DNA of 64,000 nt from Escherichia coli (GTDB lineage: Bacteria > Pseudomonadota > Gammaproteobacteria > Enterobacterales > Enterobacteriaceae), in assembly GCF_003018235.1 (NCBI RefSeq), contig NZ_CP027437.1. One strand, given 5' to 3'. Positions 48,560-60,293 of the stretch are shown one piece after another. The notes beneath the pieces are model-generated. The model searched no databases. It was not told the DNA's origin and saw only the letters and a list, made by a program, of their open reading frames with translations. The first letter of the stretch is position 1. The number at the start of each line of letters is the position of its first letter. The translations under genes and the position numbers were made by a program.

Positions 48560-50020
48560 TTACAGCGCAGCCACACACTCGCGCGCACCGCGTTCGCACA
48601 GCTGCTGATATGCCGCCGTCACCGCGCCAACAAAGTCGGCATTCTGCGGCAGATCATCGGCAAAAATACCGCTCAGGCCCAGCAGCGCTTTCACGCGGTC
48701 TGCGCCCTGATACTGCGCGTTGATCTTCTGGAACTCCGCCAGCATCGGGTCGACCACGTCAATAGCTTTACCCTGCTCATCCACGCCCTGGGTGTAACGC
48801 ATCCAGCCAGCCACGCCCAGCGCCAGGTGACGCCAGCTACCGCCGTTTTGCAGATGCAGACGCACCGGATCCAGCAGACGCTGCGGTAACTTCTGGCTGC
48901 CGTCCATCGCAATCTGCCAGGTACGGTGACGCAGAGACGGGTTGCTGAAACGCTCGATCAGCAGAGTCGCATAGGCGTTCAGGTCTGTACCTTCCGGCAT
49001 CGACAGCGTTGGCGCTTGTTCCTGCATCATCAGGGCAAAGGCCGCTTTGCGATAATCCGGATTAGTCATGGTGTCGGCAATAGTTTCATAGCCGCCGAGG
49101 TAACCGAGGTACGCCAGGAAAGAGTGGCTGCCGTTCAGCATACGCAGTTTCATCATTTCGAACGGCACAACGTCTGCAACGAACTGTGCGCCCACTTTAT
49201 CCCAGTCCGGGCGACCATTAACGAAGTTATCTTCAATCACCCACTGACGGAACGGTTCGCAGGCAATGGCGCATGGGTCGTAAACACCCAGCTGGTCAGC
49301 AATTTCCTGTAAGGTTTCTGGCGTCGCCGCCGGAACGATGCGGTCAACCATGGTGCACGGGAAGGTGACGTTCTCTTCAATCCATGCCGCCAGCTGTGGA
49401 TCACGCGCCTGAGCCAGCCCCAGAACCGCGACCTTCGCCACATGACCGTTTTCACGCACGTTGTCGCAGGACATCACAGTAAACGCTTTCAACCCTTTTT
49501 CACGACGCAGACGCAAGGCTTCGACGATGTAACCAATCGCGGACTTCGGCGCAGTCGGATTTTCCAGATCGTGCTTGATCAGCGGGTTATTGAGATCCAG
49601 CTGACCGCTTGCCGCATCGGCGCAATAACCTTTCTCTGTGACCGTCAGGGAGACAATCGCCGTCTGCGGACGCGCCATCGCGTTGAGAATACCTTCACAA
49701 CCGTCGATTTCCGGATGCAGGGCTTCTTTCATCGAACCGATAATTTTCAGCTCGGTGCTTTCTGCGCCTTTTTCCGCCACGGTGTACAGCAGTTGCTGTT
49801 TTTTCAGGTTTTCGATCAGCACGCGGTCGTTACCTGGCATCAGGTTAACTTCGCAGATACCCCAGTCGCTGTCGGTGCTTTCCAGCAGATGATGGGTATA
49901 CAGCGCCTGGTGCGCGCGGTGAAACGCCCCGCAACCGAGATGCACAATGCGTGATTCCAGACGAGAATGATCCCATGACGGGCGGGCAACCGGCAGATTG
50001 CTGTCAACAATAGTAGTCAT
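48560..50020 (-). CDS. uxuB: D-mannonate oxidoreductase (fructuronate reductase)
   Basis: 486 aa, mannitol-dehydrogenase-family sequence. Confidence 0.92.
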   Translation of the reverse strand: MTTIVDSNLPVARPSWDHSRLESRIVHLGCGAFHRAHQALYTHHLLESTDSDWGICEVNLMPGNDRVLIENLKKQQLLYTVAEKGAESTELKIIGSMKEALHPEIDGCEGILNAMARPQTAIVSLTVTEKGYCADAASGQLDLNNPLIKHDLENPTAPKSAIGYIVEALRLRREKGLKAFTVMSCDNVRENGHVAKVAVLGLAQARDPQLAAWIEENVTFPCTMVDRIVPAATPETLQEIADQLGVYDPCAIACEPFRQWVIEDNFVNGRPDWDKVGAQFVADVVPFEMMKLRMLNGSHSFLAYLGYLGGYETIADTMTNPDYRKAAFALMMQEQAPTLSMPEGTDLNAYATLLIERFSNPSLRHRTWQIAMDGSQKLPQRLLDPVRLHLQNGGSWRHLALGVAGWMRYTQGVDEQGKAIDVVDPMLAEFQKINAQYQGADRVKALLGLSGIFADDLPQNADFVGAVTAAYQQLCERGARECVAAL

Positions 50021-50100
50021 CGTAAACTCCAGAATCCGTCTTCAGAGAGTGACGGCAAGGAAGAAGGAACCGGCACGGCGCGCAGCCATGCCGGTGGATA

Positions 50101-51285
50101 TTAACGGCTAAAGAAAGCGCGCTGGATCGCCAGTTCGACACCGCGAACTTCGGCCAGGCCTTTCAGACGACCAATTGCGGAGTAACCTGGGTTGGTTTTC
50201 TTCTTCAGGTCGTCCAGCATCTGATGACCGTGGTCCGGACGCATCGGGATCAGGTCTTCTTTGCCTTCCGCTTTACGACGGTGTTCTTCTTCAACAATCG
50301 CTTTCACCACTTCGTACATATCAACGTCACCGTTCAGGTGCGCCGCTTCGTGGAAGGTTTTCGGGTTATCTTCACGCATGGTGGAGCGCAGATGGGTGAA
50401 GTAAATGCGCGGACCAAACTGCTTGATCATATCAACCAGATCGTTGTCAGCACGCACGCCGTAGGAACCGGTGCACATGGTGAAACCGTTCGCCATGCTG
50501 TTTACGGTATCAACCATCCACTGCATATCTTCAATGGTGGAAACAATGCGCGGCAGGCCGAGGATCGGGCGCGGCGGATCGTCCGGGTGAACAGCCATAC
50601 GCACGCCGACTTCTTCGGCAACCGGAATAATCGCTTTCAGGAAGACAGCGAAGTTTTCGCGCAGTTTGGCTTTGTCGATATCTTTGTACAGCTCCAGGTG
50701 CTTACGGAACTGGTCGAGGGTATACCCTTCTTCCGCGCCCGGCAGACCGGCAATGATGTTACGGGTCAGACGCGCTTTGTCTTCGTCGCTCATAGTGGCG
50801 AAGCGTTCAGCGGCCTGAGCAATTTCTTCTTCGGTGTAATCCGCTTCCGCGCCTGGACGCTTGAGGATATGCATTTCGAATGCAGCGAATTCGATCTGGT
50901 CGAAGCGCAGAGCTTTGGAGCCGTCTGGCAGCACGTATTCGAGGTCAGTACGGGTCCAGTCGAGCACCGGCATGAAGTTGTAGCACACGGTGCGAATGCC
51001 GCACTGCGCCAGGTTGCGCAGAGTCTGCTGATAGTTAGCGATCCACTGTTCATAGTTGCCAGTGTGGGTTTTGATATCTTCGTGAATTGGCACGCTTTCT
51101 ACGACAGACCATACCAGGCCTGCGTCTTCAACGATCGCCTTGCGTTTGAGGATCTCTTCTACGGACCATACTTCGCCGTTCGGGATATGGTGCAGCGCGG
51201 TAACCACGCCAGTTGCGCCCGCCTGACGGACATCAGCTAAAGAAACCGGATCGTTTGGGCCGTACCAGCGCCAGGTCTGTTCCAT
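50101..51285 (-). CDS. uxuA: Mannonate dehydratase
   Basis: ORF 50101..51321; start [14 protein letters not shown] at 51285; 394 aa. Confidence 0.92.
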
Positions 51286-51624
51286 GATTTTTCCTCTTTC
51301 ACATAGTGGGTTCCACAGCAAAGAGACGTGGAGCCCCGGAGTTGTTTAGGTATCCGGATGAACAACCAGACCGCAGCCGTGGCGTTGCATCGGATGAGAT
51401 GGCGTATAAGTTCTACCTTTTGGTAAGACATGTCAACCCGAAATCTAAAATTGGTTAACCACATCACAAGAATTTCACTCTCCTGGTTGTTGCTGCAAAT
51501 TGCAGCAAAGGGTAATCGATGGTTATTGATCAGAGGATGTGACATTCATCGCAACAATGGTTGACCAATTTACATAACATGTCGCCCAAAATAACAACGG
51601 TTCAACCAGGTAAGGTAAAACGTT

Positions 51625-52968
51625 ATGCATGTGCTTAACATTCTCTGGGTGGTATTCGGCATTGGTCTGATGCTGGTACTGAATTTGAAGTTCAAAATCA
51701 ATTCAATGGTGGCTTTGTTGGTGGCGGCGCTGTCCGTCGGGATGCTGGCGGGCATGGATTTGATGTCGCTGCTGCACACCATGAAAGCGGGCTTCGGCAA
51801 CACGCTGGGGGAACTGGCTATCATCGTGGTGTTCGGTGCGGTCATCGGTAAATTGATGGTCGACTCCGGCGCGGCGCACCAGATAGCGCATACGCTGCTG
51901 GCGCGTCTCGGTCTGCGCTATGTACAGCTGTCGGTGATTATCATCGGCCTGATTTTCGGTCTGGCGATGTTTTATGAAGTGGCCTTTATCATGTTAGCGC
52001 CGCTGGTTATTGTTATTGCCGCCGAAGCTAAAATTCCGTTCCTGAAACTGGCGATCCCGGCAGTAGCAGCTGCCACTACCGCACATTCACTGTTCCCACC
52101 GCAGCCGGGTCCGGTGGCGCTGGTGAATGCTTATGGCGCGGATATGGGGATGGTTTATATCTATGGCGTACTGGTGACGATCCCAAGTGTCATCTGCGCA
52201 GGTCTGATCCTGCCGAAGTTCCTCGGCAATCTTGAGCGCCCAACGCCATCATTCCTGAAAGCAGATCAACCGGTAGATATGAATAATCTGCCCTCTTTCG
52301 GCGTTTCGATTCTGGTGCCGCTGATCCCGGCGATCATTATGATCTCTACCACCATCGCCAATATCTGGCTGGTAAAAGATACCCCTGCCTGGGAAGTGGT
52401 TAACTTTATCGGTTCCTCGCCGATTGCAATGTTTATTGCGATGGTGGTTGCATTCGTACTCTTCGGCACCGCGCGCGGGCACGATATGCAGTGGGTGATG
52501 AACGCTTTTGAAAGCGCGGTGAAGAGTATTGCAATGGTGATTCTGATCATCGGTGCGGGTGGCGTGCTGAAGCAGACCATCATCGACACCGGCATTGGCG
52601 ACACCATCGGCATGTTGATGTCCCACGGCAATATCTCGCCCTACATCATGGCATGGCTGATCACCGTACTGATTCGTCTGGCGACGGGTCAGGGTGTCGT
52701 TTCGGCGATGACCGCTGCCGGGATTATCAGTGCAGCAATCCTTGATCCAGCAACTGGTCAGCTGGTTGGCGTGAATCCGGCGCTGCTGGTACTGGCGACG
52801 GCTGCGGGTTCCAACACCCTCACCCACATTAACGATGCATCTTTCTGGTTGTTCAAAGGTTACTTTGACCTGTCAGTAAAAGATACGTTGAAAACCTGGG
52901 GTCTGCTGGAGCTGGTCAACTCCGTGGTTGGGCTGATTATTGTGCTGATTATTAGCATGGTAGCGTAA
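51625..52968 (+). CDS. gntP: Gluconate/fructuronate permease (GntP family)
   Basis: 447 aa polytopic membrane protein. Confidence 0.9.
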
Positions 52969-52984
52969 AAGAACACCTGAGCCT

Positions 52985-53210
52985 GCCATTGGCAGGCTCT
53001 GACTGATGACAAAGTCTAAAAATGTGCCCGGCCAGTCCCCTCGCCCCTCCGGGGAGAGGGTTAGGGTGAGGGGAACAGACCAGCAAAGTGCGCTTTGTTT
53101 ATGCCAGATGCGACGCTGACGCGTCTTATCTGGCCTACAAAGGGCTAACGTGCAGGTTTTGTAGGTCTGATAGCGTAGCGCCTCAGGTACCAGCATTAGC
53201 AATGCGCTGT
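52985..53210. repeat. Cluster of intergenic repeat elements (REP/BIME-like)
   Basis: Inverted repeats GCCTGCCATTGGCAGGC and CCCTCCGGGGAGAGGG plus REP units between convergent gntP and fimH. Confidence 0.5.
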
Positions 53211-53217
53211 AATTTTT

Positions 53218-54120
53218 TTATTGATAAACAAAAGTCACGCCAATAATCGATTGCACATTCCCTGCAGTCACCTGCCCTCCGGTACGTGCGTAATTTGCCG
53301 TTAATCCCAGACTTACCGCCGAAGTCCCTACTGCTCCTAACGATACCGTGTTATTCGCTGGAATAATCGTACCGTTGCGCGTCAACTGTACGCCGACGCC
53401 CTGCGCTGGTGAAAACGACGCGGTATTGGTGAAAATCGAGTTGCCCGCATCTGCGGTTGTGCCGGAGAGGTAATACCCCAGGTTTTGGCTTTTCGCACAA
53501 TAAACGGTAAGAGGAATTGGCACTGAACCAGGGTAGTCCGGCAGAGTAACGGTGACATCACGAGCAGAAACATCACAGCCGCCAGTAGGCACCACCACAT
53601 CATTATTGGCGTAAATATTCCACACAAACTGGAAATCATCGCTGTTATAGTTGTTGGTCTGTCGCAAAATTAGCACGGCAATTAATGAGCCAGCTTTAAT
53701 CGCCACCCCGCCCGCACTGCTCACAGGCGTCAAATAAAGCGCCACCGGCCACGGCTTATCCGTTCTCGAATTATAAACAACCCGCGGCGTTTCGCTGGTG
53801 GTAGGAAATGGATAGCTACTGCCACTATATTTTACGGTCCCGGAAAAATTAGATAACACGCCGCCATAAGCCGAACCTCGTTGCAGTGTGACATAGTCTG
53901 TAATGGTTTCCGGGTAATCGTTATGGCAAAAGATTTGCGTCGAAAGATCCACGACCAGGTTTTGCCCCACATTCACGGCGGGCGCAAGGTTTACATAAAC
54001 ATTGGCGCTGCCACCGCCAATAGGGATAGCGGTGCCATTGGCGGTTTTACAGGCGAATGACCAGGCATTTACCGACCAGCCCATCAGCAGTACAGCAAAC
54101 AGGGTAATAACTCGTTTCAT
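53218..54120 (-). CDS. fimH: Type 1 fimbrial adhesin FimH (mannose-binding)
   Basis: ORF 53218..54129; start MKRVITLFAVLLMGWSVNAWSFACKTANG... at 54120; 300 aa. Confidence 0.95.
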   Translation of the reverse strand: MKRVITLFAVLLMGWSVNAWSFACKTANGTAIPIGGGSANVYVNLAPAVNVGQNLVVDLSTQIFCHNDYPETITDYVTLQRGSAYGGVLSNFSGTVKYSGSSYPFPTTSETPRVVYNSRTDKPWPVALYLTPVSSAGGVAIKAGSLIAVLILRQTNNYNSDDFQFVWNIYANNDVVVPTGGCDVSARDVTVTLPDYPGSVPIPLTVYCAKSQNLGYYLSGTTADAGNSIFTNTASFSPAQGVGVQLTRNGTIIPANNTVSLGAVGTSAVSLGLTANYARTGGQVTAGNVQSIIGVTFVYQ

Positions 54121-54139
54121 TACAATCATCTCTTCGGCT

Positions 54140-54643
54140 TCAGCTGTAGGTATAGGTGATGCTAATCACTGCCTGAATGGTTCCCTGAGTGGCTCCGCCA
54201 TTTACCGTCAATGCTCTGACCTGTAACGGGAAGTGCGCTGATTGTGAGGAATCATCCACCTGAACTGTTTTGGTTGCGCCAGTATTCAATGTGTTGCCAC
54301 TGTCATCCTGTAGCTCTAACTGGATGTTTTGCGCGGTCCCCTGGTTTTTATAATATCCGGTACTGTCGGCTGCCCCGCTGAAGCTGGCGGTGACCCTCGA
54401 CGTTCCCACCGGACAATTAGTCAACTCAAGCGCAACATCATGCCAGGCCGATGCCGCCCCGGCAGACATCAGACTGAAAGAATAAAGATCGCCGAGATCT
54501 ACCGTGGCATTGGTGGTGGAAACCGTGCACGGTTTGGCGACGACCTTACCGTTCACCGTGATGGTGACATCGGCTGCCTGTATCGTCGCACTTGCGAGCG
54601 CCAACATTGCCGCCAATAAATACCCACGTTTGCGCCATTTCAT
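54140..54643 (-). CDS. fimG: Type 1 fimbrial minor subunit FimG
   Basis: ORF 54140..54649; start at MKWRKRGYLLAAMLALASA; 167 aa. Confidence 0.93.
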   Translation of the reverse strand: MKWRKRGYLLAAMLALASATIQAADVTITVNGKVVAKPCTVSTTNATVDLGDLYSFSLMSAGAASAWHDVALELTNCPVGTSRVTASFSGAADSTGYYKNQGTAQNIQLELQDDSGNTLNTGATKTVQVDDSSQSAHFPLQVRALTVNGGATQGTIQAVISITYTYS

Positions 54644-54655
54644 GAGCATCTCCAG

Positions 54656-55186
54656 TTACTGATATTCAAGAGTGAAGGTAGCCGTGGCATTGATATGCCC
54701 CGCAGTGACAGGCACCTGTGTCGCCATTAACCGGGCGTAAAAATTCAGCGTATTTGGTTTACCCAGCGTCAGGGTCGTCCACGAAATCGCGGACGATGGA
54801 GCATTAAGGGGTATTTGATTTTGCTGCTCATTCAGAAGCTGTATTCCCAGTCCCGCAGCCGCTGACACCGTATTTTCAAGTGCAAGCAGGTTGGCATTGT
54901 GGCTATCTGCAACGCCAGTAAACCCAACCTTTACGGCAGAAACGGCGTTACCACAGGGTGACAGCAAAATACGAAATGGAACGACAGGAGTCGTCGCGCC
55001 AATGTTGTTAAATTGCTTCGCCGCGTTTTCCATCAGATCAACAGTAAAATTGGTTGATTCAGCGGCCACACTACAGCCGTTATCTCTGACATAGCCGCGG
55101 ATAGTAATCGTGCTATCCGCAGCCAAAGCGCGACTTACCGCCAGCCACAAAAAAGCGCACAGAAGATAAAAAGGTTTGTTTCTCAT
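54656..55186 (-). CDS. fimF: Type 1 fimbrial minor subunit FimF
   Basis: ORF 54656..55189; start at [15 protein letters not shown]; 176 aa. Confidence 0.93.
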   Translation of the reverse strand: MRNKPFYLLCAFLWLAVSRALAADSTITIRGYVRDNGCSVAAESTNFTVDLMENAAKQFNNIGATTPVVPFRILLSPCGNAVSAVKVGFTGVADSHNANLLALENTVSAAAGLGIQLLNEQQNQIPLNAPSSAISWTTLTLGKPNTLNFYARLMATQVPVTAGHINATATFTLEYQ

Positions 55187-55195
55187 CACGCCCCC

Positions 55196-57832
55196 TTAAC
55201 GACATTCAGCTGATAGCTGGGTTAATAACTGCTGCTGACTCTCTGGTGGCAGTTGATAATTGGCGACACAGTGAGCATTTTCCTCTTCTCCCCATTTCAC
55301 CTGAACTTTTCCCGCTAAAGGCATTCCGCTGAGGTAAACCTGACCATTATCCGCAACAATGCCGCTACTCTGGCTACTCTCTGATGTCACCATCGCCCCA
55401 AACGGCAGCGGCTTATTATTGTGGGTTAGCGTCATGAGCAGTTTTATCCCAACGCGCGCTTTAAACTCTGCTCGCACTATCGCCCCACGAGTGGGAACAA
55501 CGTTAGCGACCGCGTTATCTAAATCGACGTTATCAGCCAGGGTATTGGTATCCAGCGCTACTCTGTTTTCCCGATATTCAGTGGCATAAGGCAGCACGGC
55601 ATAACCGCGCCAGTCGGTACGCACCCCCGTCTGGTTTTCGACTTTTGCATCTTTTGCGCCAGGCGCTTTAACAAGCACCACCGTATCGTTTAACGGCTGC
55701 CCCAGCGTTACGCCATTGGCATGAGCCAGTACCCCACCGCTGACTCCATAATAGAGCTGCTTAATATCATCGCTATGGCTGTAACCGATGTTGGCATTGC
55801 CGTAACCACCGCGATAATTCAGCGTGGCGTAGCCTGTGCTTCCGCTATTACCATCGCCTCCCCCGGCATAGCCGGTTTGCACGCTATAGCTGAGGTTGTT
55901 GTCTTCCAGCAACGTACCGTATACACCGGCCAGATTGGTCATCCGACCGTTGAGATCGTGTGACATGCTGTAGCTGGCACTGGCATGTCGCCACTGAGAT
56001 TTACTGTCAGAACGCAGCCAGTGGCTGAAAGGAATATTGACGTTAAGCGCTAACATCTGATCCCGTCCTTTTTGCCAGGCGTTTTTCGTCAGGCTATAGC
56101 TGAGCGTCCAGTTGATATCTTCGAATGCAGTATTTAAACCAGCCTGGAATTGCTCATCGACATTACTCGTTCCCCAATAAGTTTGATGGCTACCACTCAA
56201 ATACAGTGTTGATGTGCGCCCGAGTTGCTGAGTAACGGTGAGTTGTAATTTCCCGCGTTTGTTATAAGCGAGATTGTAATAGTCGGTGAATTTCGGCTTA
56301 ACCTGAATAACACCATCCTGTGTTTCGATGTTGTAGCCATTCATTCGACTGTATGTTGTATCAGCGAAATTAAAATACCCACTGGTCGAATAACGGTAAC
56401 CCACTAACTGAATATTCGTGCCTGATTCATTGAGCGATTTGTTATAGAGAAAACGCACCGATTGTCCGTCATGCTGACTGTCATCGGGAAGTGTGGAATT
56501 AGCCTGCGTCATATCCACAGACAGAGCGCCCAGTGCCCCCATGTTTTTCCCGATACCGAAATTAAAAGCACGATAACGATCCGCCAGTTGCGTTCCACCA
56601 TATATTGTCCAGCCAGCCGGAAGGCCGTGGAGTAATGTACTCTGGAAAAAGCGAGGTTTTTCCTGCTGCGCATTTCCACTACGGTATTCTCCTGCCGTAA
56701 TGGAATAACGAGTATGTCCTTCCCGTTGCAAAAGCGGGACTGACGAATAGGGTACGGTAAAGATCTGCGTGCTGCCGTCAGCCTCTTTAATCGTTACCTG
56801 CAAGTCACCACTATTACCTGCGGCATAGATATCGTTGATGGTAAAAGGCCCCGGTGGCACCGTACTATTATAAATGTCATACCCATTTTGTTTAATAGTG
56901 ACCTGTGCAGTACCACGAGCAATACCGTGGATCACCGGGGCAAATCCTCTTTGGCTATCGGGTAACATATTGTCATCTGAGGCCAATTGTGCGCCGCGAA
57001 AGTTAATACCATCGAAAATATCGCCCTGGGTATAACCATCACCCAGCGTCAGCCGGGAACGTAACGGAATTATGTCTCGCTCAAGCCAGGTATTGATATG
57101 CTGCCATTTATTTTTGCTACCTGATGAACTGTCGCTACTGTTATAACTCCAGGTGGTATTGTCGCGTAAACGCCACGCACCAATATTTAGCCCACTCTGT
57201 AGGTTTAAATATGCATAATGGCTGTTACTACCAATCCGATTCTGTACACTATTTCCGCTGAAATTATAATTGAGCAAGCCGGCATTAATACCGGGATCCC
57301 ACAACTCAGGAGGAATATATCCACGCGCGCGATTACTCATAAATGCCTGAGGGATCGTCAGGTTGAGTCGCTGCTGACCAACATCTAAATGCGCAGTAGC
57401 GTCATGGATCATTGAGGTTAATGGCACGCAGGCATCATCCGCCAGCAGATTCATACCGGAGACAGAAGCCGTATTCAGCCCCATACTGGCAAGTTGCGCG
57501 CGTGTCAGGCAGGGAACAATCCCTTGTTCACTGTCGCCCGTGTTAAATGTGACATCACGCGTTGCCATATAAGCATTATTCAAATAGATATCGACGCGAT
57601 ACGTCCCTGGCGGTAATTCTTGCCCATTTTCAAAACGCGATAAATCGGCCACAGCCTGGGGATCATCCGCTAAAAAGCGCGGATTAAAATAGAGTTCGGC
57701 AGATGACAAAGGTGCCTGTGCGGCAAAAGCACAGGCGACAAAGAGCCGGACAAAAAGACCAGCCAAACGATGCTTACGAACATGCAAGCATTGTGTGTTT
57801 CGCTGGTAAAGTCTTAAATTCAGATATGACAT
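55196..57832 (-). CDS. fimD: Fimbrial outer-membrane usher FimD
   Basis: 878 aa usher. Confidence 0.95.
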   Translation of the reverse strand: MSYLNLRLYQRNTQCLHVRKHRLAGLFVRLFVACAFAAQAPLSSAELYFNPRFLADDPQAVADLSRFENGQELPPGTYRVDIYLNNAYMATRDVTFNTGDSEQGIVPCLTRAQLASMGLNTASVSGMNLLADDACVPLTSMIHDATAHLDVGQQRLNLTIPQAFMSNRARGYIPPELWDPGINAGLLNYNFSGNSVQNRIGSNSHYAYLNLQSGLNIGAWRLRDNTTWSYNSSDSSSGSKNKWQHINTWLERDIIPLRSRLTLGDGYTQGDIFDGINFRGAQLASDDNMLPDSQRGFAPVIHGIARGTAQVTIKQNGYDIYNSTVPPGPFTINDIYAAGNSGDLQVTIKEADGSTQIFTVPYSSVPLLQREGHTRYSITAGEYRSGNAQQEKPRFFQSTLLHGLPAGWTIYGGTQLADRYRAFNFGIGKNMGALGALSVDMTQANSTLPDDSQHDGQSVRFLYNKSLNESGTNIQLVGYRYSTSGYFNFADTTYSRMNGYNIETQDGVIQVKPKFTDYYNLAYNKRGKLQLTVTQQLGRTSTLYLSGSHQTYWGTSNVDEQFQAGLNTAFEDINWTLSYSLTKNAWQKGRDQMLALNVNIPFSHWLRSDSKSQWRHASASYSMSHDLNGRMTNLAGVYGTLLEDNNLSYSVQTGYAGGGDGNSGSTGYATLNYRGGYGNANIGYSHSDDIKQLYYGVSGGVLAHANGVTLGQPLNDTVVLVKAPGAKDAKVENQTGVRTDWRGYAVLPYATEYRENRVALDTNTLADNVDLDNAVANVVPTRGAIVRAEFKARVGIKLLMTLTHNNKPLPFGAMVTSESSQSSGIVADNGQVYLSGMPLAGKVQVKWGEEENAHCVANYQLPPESQQQLLTQLSAECR

Positions 57833-57898
57833 TATTCCTCCGGTTTAAAATCACCCGGCAGTCAATTCTTTTTATTCAGGCGAAAAATTCCCCCTGCG

Positions 57899-58624
57899 TT
57901 ATTCCATTACGCCTGTCATTTTGGGGGTAAGTGCGCCATAATCATTTATTGTTCGGTAAGTAATATTGCTTCCTGCATCAGAAGGCAATTTAACCGTGCT
58001 TTCGCCCATTGGAGGCACCAATGCATTTTCAAGAACCCGGGTTCCGGCATTCAACTCTGTTACCGTCAGGTAATAGGGTGTCGGGTTAATCAGCGTCAGA
58101 GAATTCGCGCTACGACGAAATCTTAATTTTTCTGCGGCCTGATCGGGTGGCAACGCTAATTTAGCCGGGCGATAGTACAGTTTAATGCGGCTGATAATTG
58201 CGAGCTGTAGCGTATTCTCAGTCAATTTTGATTTATCCATTGACGGAATCGCTTTAACGTTCATCCAGAATAAACTTTCCCGATCCTGTGGCAATTGGTT
58301 ATTTGTTGCATCAAGAATACGCAAGGTATTCTCTTTTTTTCCCTTCATCGCAAACAGAGGAGGCGTCACGATAAAACGACCATCCTTTACACCATCGGCA
58401 TTTTCCACCCATGATTGAATTAAATAGGTGCTATTTTCATCATTATTTGTCACGGCAAGTTGCACTTGTTTTTGCCCTGCCGGATAAATTACGCGAGTCG
58501 CACCTAAGGCCACTCCCGCTTCAGCGCGTCCGGCAACCATCATTGCCATGAACATCAGGATACCTGCCAGCAAGCAGAATGTTATTTCCTGCGATTTCCT
58601 TACATTGACGTTTTTATTACTCAC
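57899..58624 (-). CDS. fimC: Periplasmic fimbrial chaperone FimC
   Basis: 241 aa PapD-like chaperone. Confidence 0.95.
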   Translation of the reverse strand: MSNKNVNVRKSQEITFCLLAGILMFMAMMVAGRAEAGVALGATRVIYPAGQKQVQLAVTNNDENSTYLIQSWVENADGVKDGRFIVTPPLFAMKGKKENTLRILDATNNQLPQDRESLFWMNVKAIPSMDKSKLTENTLQLAIISRIKLYYRPAKLALPPDQAAEKLRFRRSANSLTLINPTPYYLTVTELNAGTRVLENALVPPMGESTVKLPSDAGSNITYRTINDYGALTPKMTGVME

Positions 58625-58660
58625 TGTCCTGTTCCTGTTATCACATTATCTGCTGAACAA

Positions 58661-59200
58661 TTACTGATAGGTTAAAGAGAACCAGGCCTGGGCATTGGCG
58701 ATGCCGCCAGTAACCCGACGCCCGGTAGCACGATATTTGGCGATGAAATGTAGCGAAGTAGAGCCTGAGTAAAGCCGTTTCCAGTTTGCTGGAGGACGAT
58801 TAATCGGTACGAGGTTTCCTTCATCATCAAATAACGCTACGCCAATATTTGTGGCTATCCCTGGCCCCTCTCCCACGGAAAGCACATCCGGATTTTTACC
58901 ATCCGCGACACCGTGAAACGCCACACCCACACGTTCACTCACCACCGTGCTACATTCCCGTAAATGAATAACAAAAGGCACCGGTGCGCTATCTTCCCCT
59001 ACCGCATGAAACCGGTTACTGCTGATTTGCCCCATATTGACCGTCATTTGTTTATCACCAGCTTCAACTCGGCAAGTTTCCGCAATAATGACGCCCTGAA
59101 ATTGCATATTTCCGCCGGGCAGCGTGGTATTCCATTTATTTCCGGCCAGAGCAAACATTGGCAGCAACGACGCTAATAGAAATAATCTCTTCCTTTTCAT
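58661..59200 (-). CDS. fimI: Fimbrin-like protein FimI
   Basis: ORF 58661..59332; probable start [20 protein letters not shown] at 59200 (179 aa); a longer upstream start is possible. Confidence 0.85.
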   Translation of the reverse strand: MKRKRLFLLASLLPMFALAGNKWNTTLPGGNMQFQGVIIAETCRVEAGDKQMTVNMGQISSNRFHAVGEDSAPVPFVIHLRECSTVVSERVGVAFHGVADGKNPDVLSVGEGPGIATNIGVALFDDEGNLVPINRPPANWKRLYSGSTSLHFIAKYRATGRRVTGGIANAQAWFSLTYQ

Positions 59201-59264
59201 CGTTATTTTTATCGCACAAGGGTGGGCATCCCTGCCCGTAATGACGTCCCTGAACCTGGGTAGG

Positions 59265-59813
59265 TTATTGATACTGAACCTTGAAGGTCGCATCCGCATT
59301 AGCTGCGCCAGGGGTTGCGGCACCGGTTGCAAAATAACGCGCCTGGAACGGAATGGTGTTGGTTCCGTTATTCAGGGTTGTTTCTGAACTAAATGTCGCA
59401 CCGTCCAGCGCCAGCGCAGCACCCGTTCTGTCCAGGATCTGCACACCAACGTTTGTTGCGCTACCCGCAGCTGAACTCTGCAGAGCCAGTACATCAGTAT
59501 GCGTAGCATCAATTGCCGTACCTAAGAAGGCAACAGCGGCTTTTGTGGCAACAGTGGTATCGCAATCATTCAGCTGAATGTTAAAACCAACGGCAGAGCT
59601 GGTTGCTCCAGCCTGCTTCAGGCTAGCGGTACGAACCTGCCCTAACTGAACGGTTTGATCAGCAGAGCCTGCATCAACTGCGCAAGCGGCGTTAACAACT
59701 TCCCCTTTAAAGTGAACGGTCCCACCATTTACCGTCGTAGTATCAGCCAGAGCCGCTGCGGAACTGAGGGACAGAGCCGACAGAACAACGATTGCCAGAG
59801 TTTTAATTTTCAT
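59265..59813 (-). CDS. fimA: Type 1 fimbrial major subunit FimA
   Basis: ORF 59265..59870; start [23 protein letters not shown] at 59813; 182 aa. Confidence 0.95.
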   Translation of the reverse strand: MKIKTLAIVVLSALSLSSAAALADTTTVNGGTVHFKGEVVNAACAVDAGSADQTVQLGQVRTASLKQAGATSSAVGFNIQLNDCDTTVATKAAVAFLGTAIDATHTDVLALQSSAAGSATNVGVQILDRTGAALALDGATFSSETTLNNGTNTIPFQARYFATGAATPGAANADATFKVQYQ

Positions 59814-59932
59814 GCTGCTTTCCTTTAAAAAAACTATTTCTAAATCGACATGGGCAGTCGTTCTGTACACTTTGTTTTGTCAACGAGTTTGACTGCCAAC
59901 ACTGCACAGTTTTCCCCCAAAAGATGAAACAT

Positions 59933-60246
59933 TTGGGGCCATTTTGACTCATAGAGGAAAGCATCGCGCACAAACTTTTTCAGTTTATTTGTTGGCTTAA
60001 TATTCTATTGTTATCTTTATTTATAGATTTTTATATTGCATGAGGTGGTTTTTGGAGAGAAGAATGAGGAAGATGCGTCGAGCCACAGAAACGTTAGCTT
60101 TACATTTGGCGGAGGTGATGTGAAATTAATTTACAAGAGAAATAATTTACATATCAAACAGTTAGATGCTTTTTATCGTTTTTTAATATTTTTATGCTTG
60201 AGAAAAAATACGTAACTTATTTATGATATGGACAGTTTGGCCCCAA
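59933..60246. promoter_or_regulatory. fimS: fimS invertible element (fim switch), 314 bp bounded by 9-bp inverted repeats TTGGGGCCA / TGGCCCCAA; apparently phase-OFF
   Basis: Inverted repeats at 59933..59941 and 60238..60246, located between fimE and fimA; the internal sigma70-like promoter points toward fimE, away from fimA. Confidence 0.85.
60198..60227 (+). promoter_or_regulatory. fimA promoter inside fimS (-35 TTGAGA, 18-bp spacer, -10 TATGAT), here oriented away from fimA
   Basis: Near-consensus sigma70 hexamers read on the + strand about 10 bp inside the fimE-proximal inverted repeat. Confidence 0.6.
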
Positions 60247-60293
60247 TTGTCTTGTATTTATTTGTTTTTTAACTTTATTATCAATAAGTTAAA

